64,000 nt of DNA, taken from assembly GCA_030390025.1 (NCBI GenBank), contig CM059432.1, positions 75,828,001 through 75,892,000 on the forward strand. The letters are read 5' to 3'. The number at the start of each line of letters is the position of its first letter. Position 1 is the first letter of the stretch. Made by a program: the position numbers and the translations under genes. Shown piece by piece: positions 63,563 to 64,000 of this stretch. This DNA is from Squalus acanthias (lineage: Eukaryota). The notes beneath the pieces are model-generated. The model saw nothing but the letters and a program-made list of their open reading frames with translations. It did no database searches and had not been told where the DNA came from.

Positions 63563-64000
63563 GGCCCTGATTTCGCCATCGGAGGCGGGATCGCGGTGGA
63601 TGAGGTTGTTGGCGGGTCCCGGTCCCATTCCTGGCTCCAGCCGCTCTGTGAAAAGGATTTTACGTAGATTGGGCTCGTTAAGCCCGCCCTGCGAGGTTCC
63701 CGGCCAATTAAAAGGAAGCGGGTCTGATGACGCGTCATCAGCCGGTTTCCTTAAAGGGACCATGGCCACATTCAATTCATTTTGACAGTTGTTCTGTCAC
63801 TGTTCAGCAGCATTGAGGTGCTGCAAACACTGACAAGCACTGCACAAAGGTGCACGGCTGCACTCCCTCCATATGCTTATGGAGAGCGTCACAGCACGCA
63901 GGGAGGTTCTCTTCCCTTCCAAGGGCGGAAGAGACCTCCCCAGGACACCAGCGCAGCCTGGTTGCACATTGCACAGGAGGACACAAGCAGGGATGTCGCA
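63563..64000 (+). mobile_element. Left end of a Harbinger element inserted into the CR1; start of a Myb-like exon (runs off the window)
   Basis: TIR-like ggccctgatttcg; SLHMLMESVTARREVLFPS...RKRPPQDTSAAWLHIAQE resembles Myb exon 1 at 9056-8817. Confidence 0.7.

Overview
Repeat-rich vertebrate genomic DNA, almost certainly from a cartilaginous fish (shark or ray), judged from the HE1-type V-SINEs, Deu-domain SINEs, CR1 LINEs, Penelope-like elements and Harbinger transposons. It holds the 3' ends of two convergent host genes that the ORF track misses because their exons are short. On the + strand are the last three coding exons of an NKAIN gene (16280-16340, 25331-25412, 40535-40544), most likely NKAIN3 from its tail-to-tail position with GGH. 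On the - strand are the last four coding exons of gamma-glutamyl hydrolase GGH (60748-60642, 52561-52468, 49700-49563, 48773-48637). The most notable non-genic structures are: (i) a 718-bp spacer-less, near-perfect palindrome (18043-18760), a folded-back Penelope 3' end with a 12-bp TSD and a 33-nt tail, carrying a hammerhead-ribozyme motif on both strands; (ii) further minimal hammerhead motifs in Penelope ends, one intact and sense to the GGH pre-mRNA; (iii) several two-gene Harbinger transposons with a three-exon spliced Myb/SANT gene, plus their MITE derivatives; (iv) a 1.2-kb G-rich minisatellite. All assignments were made by eye from the sequence and from recalled family motifs; no database search was run.
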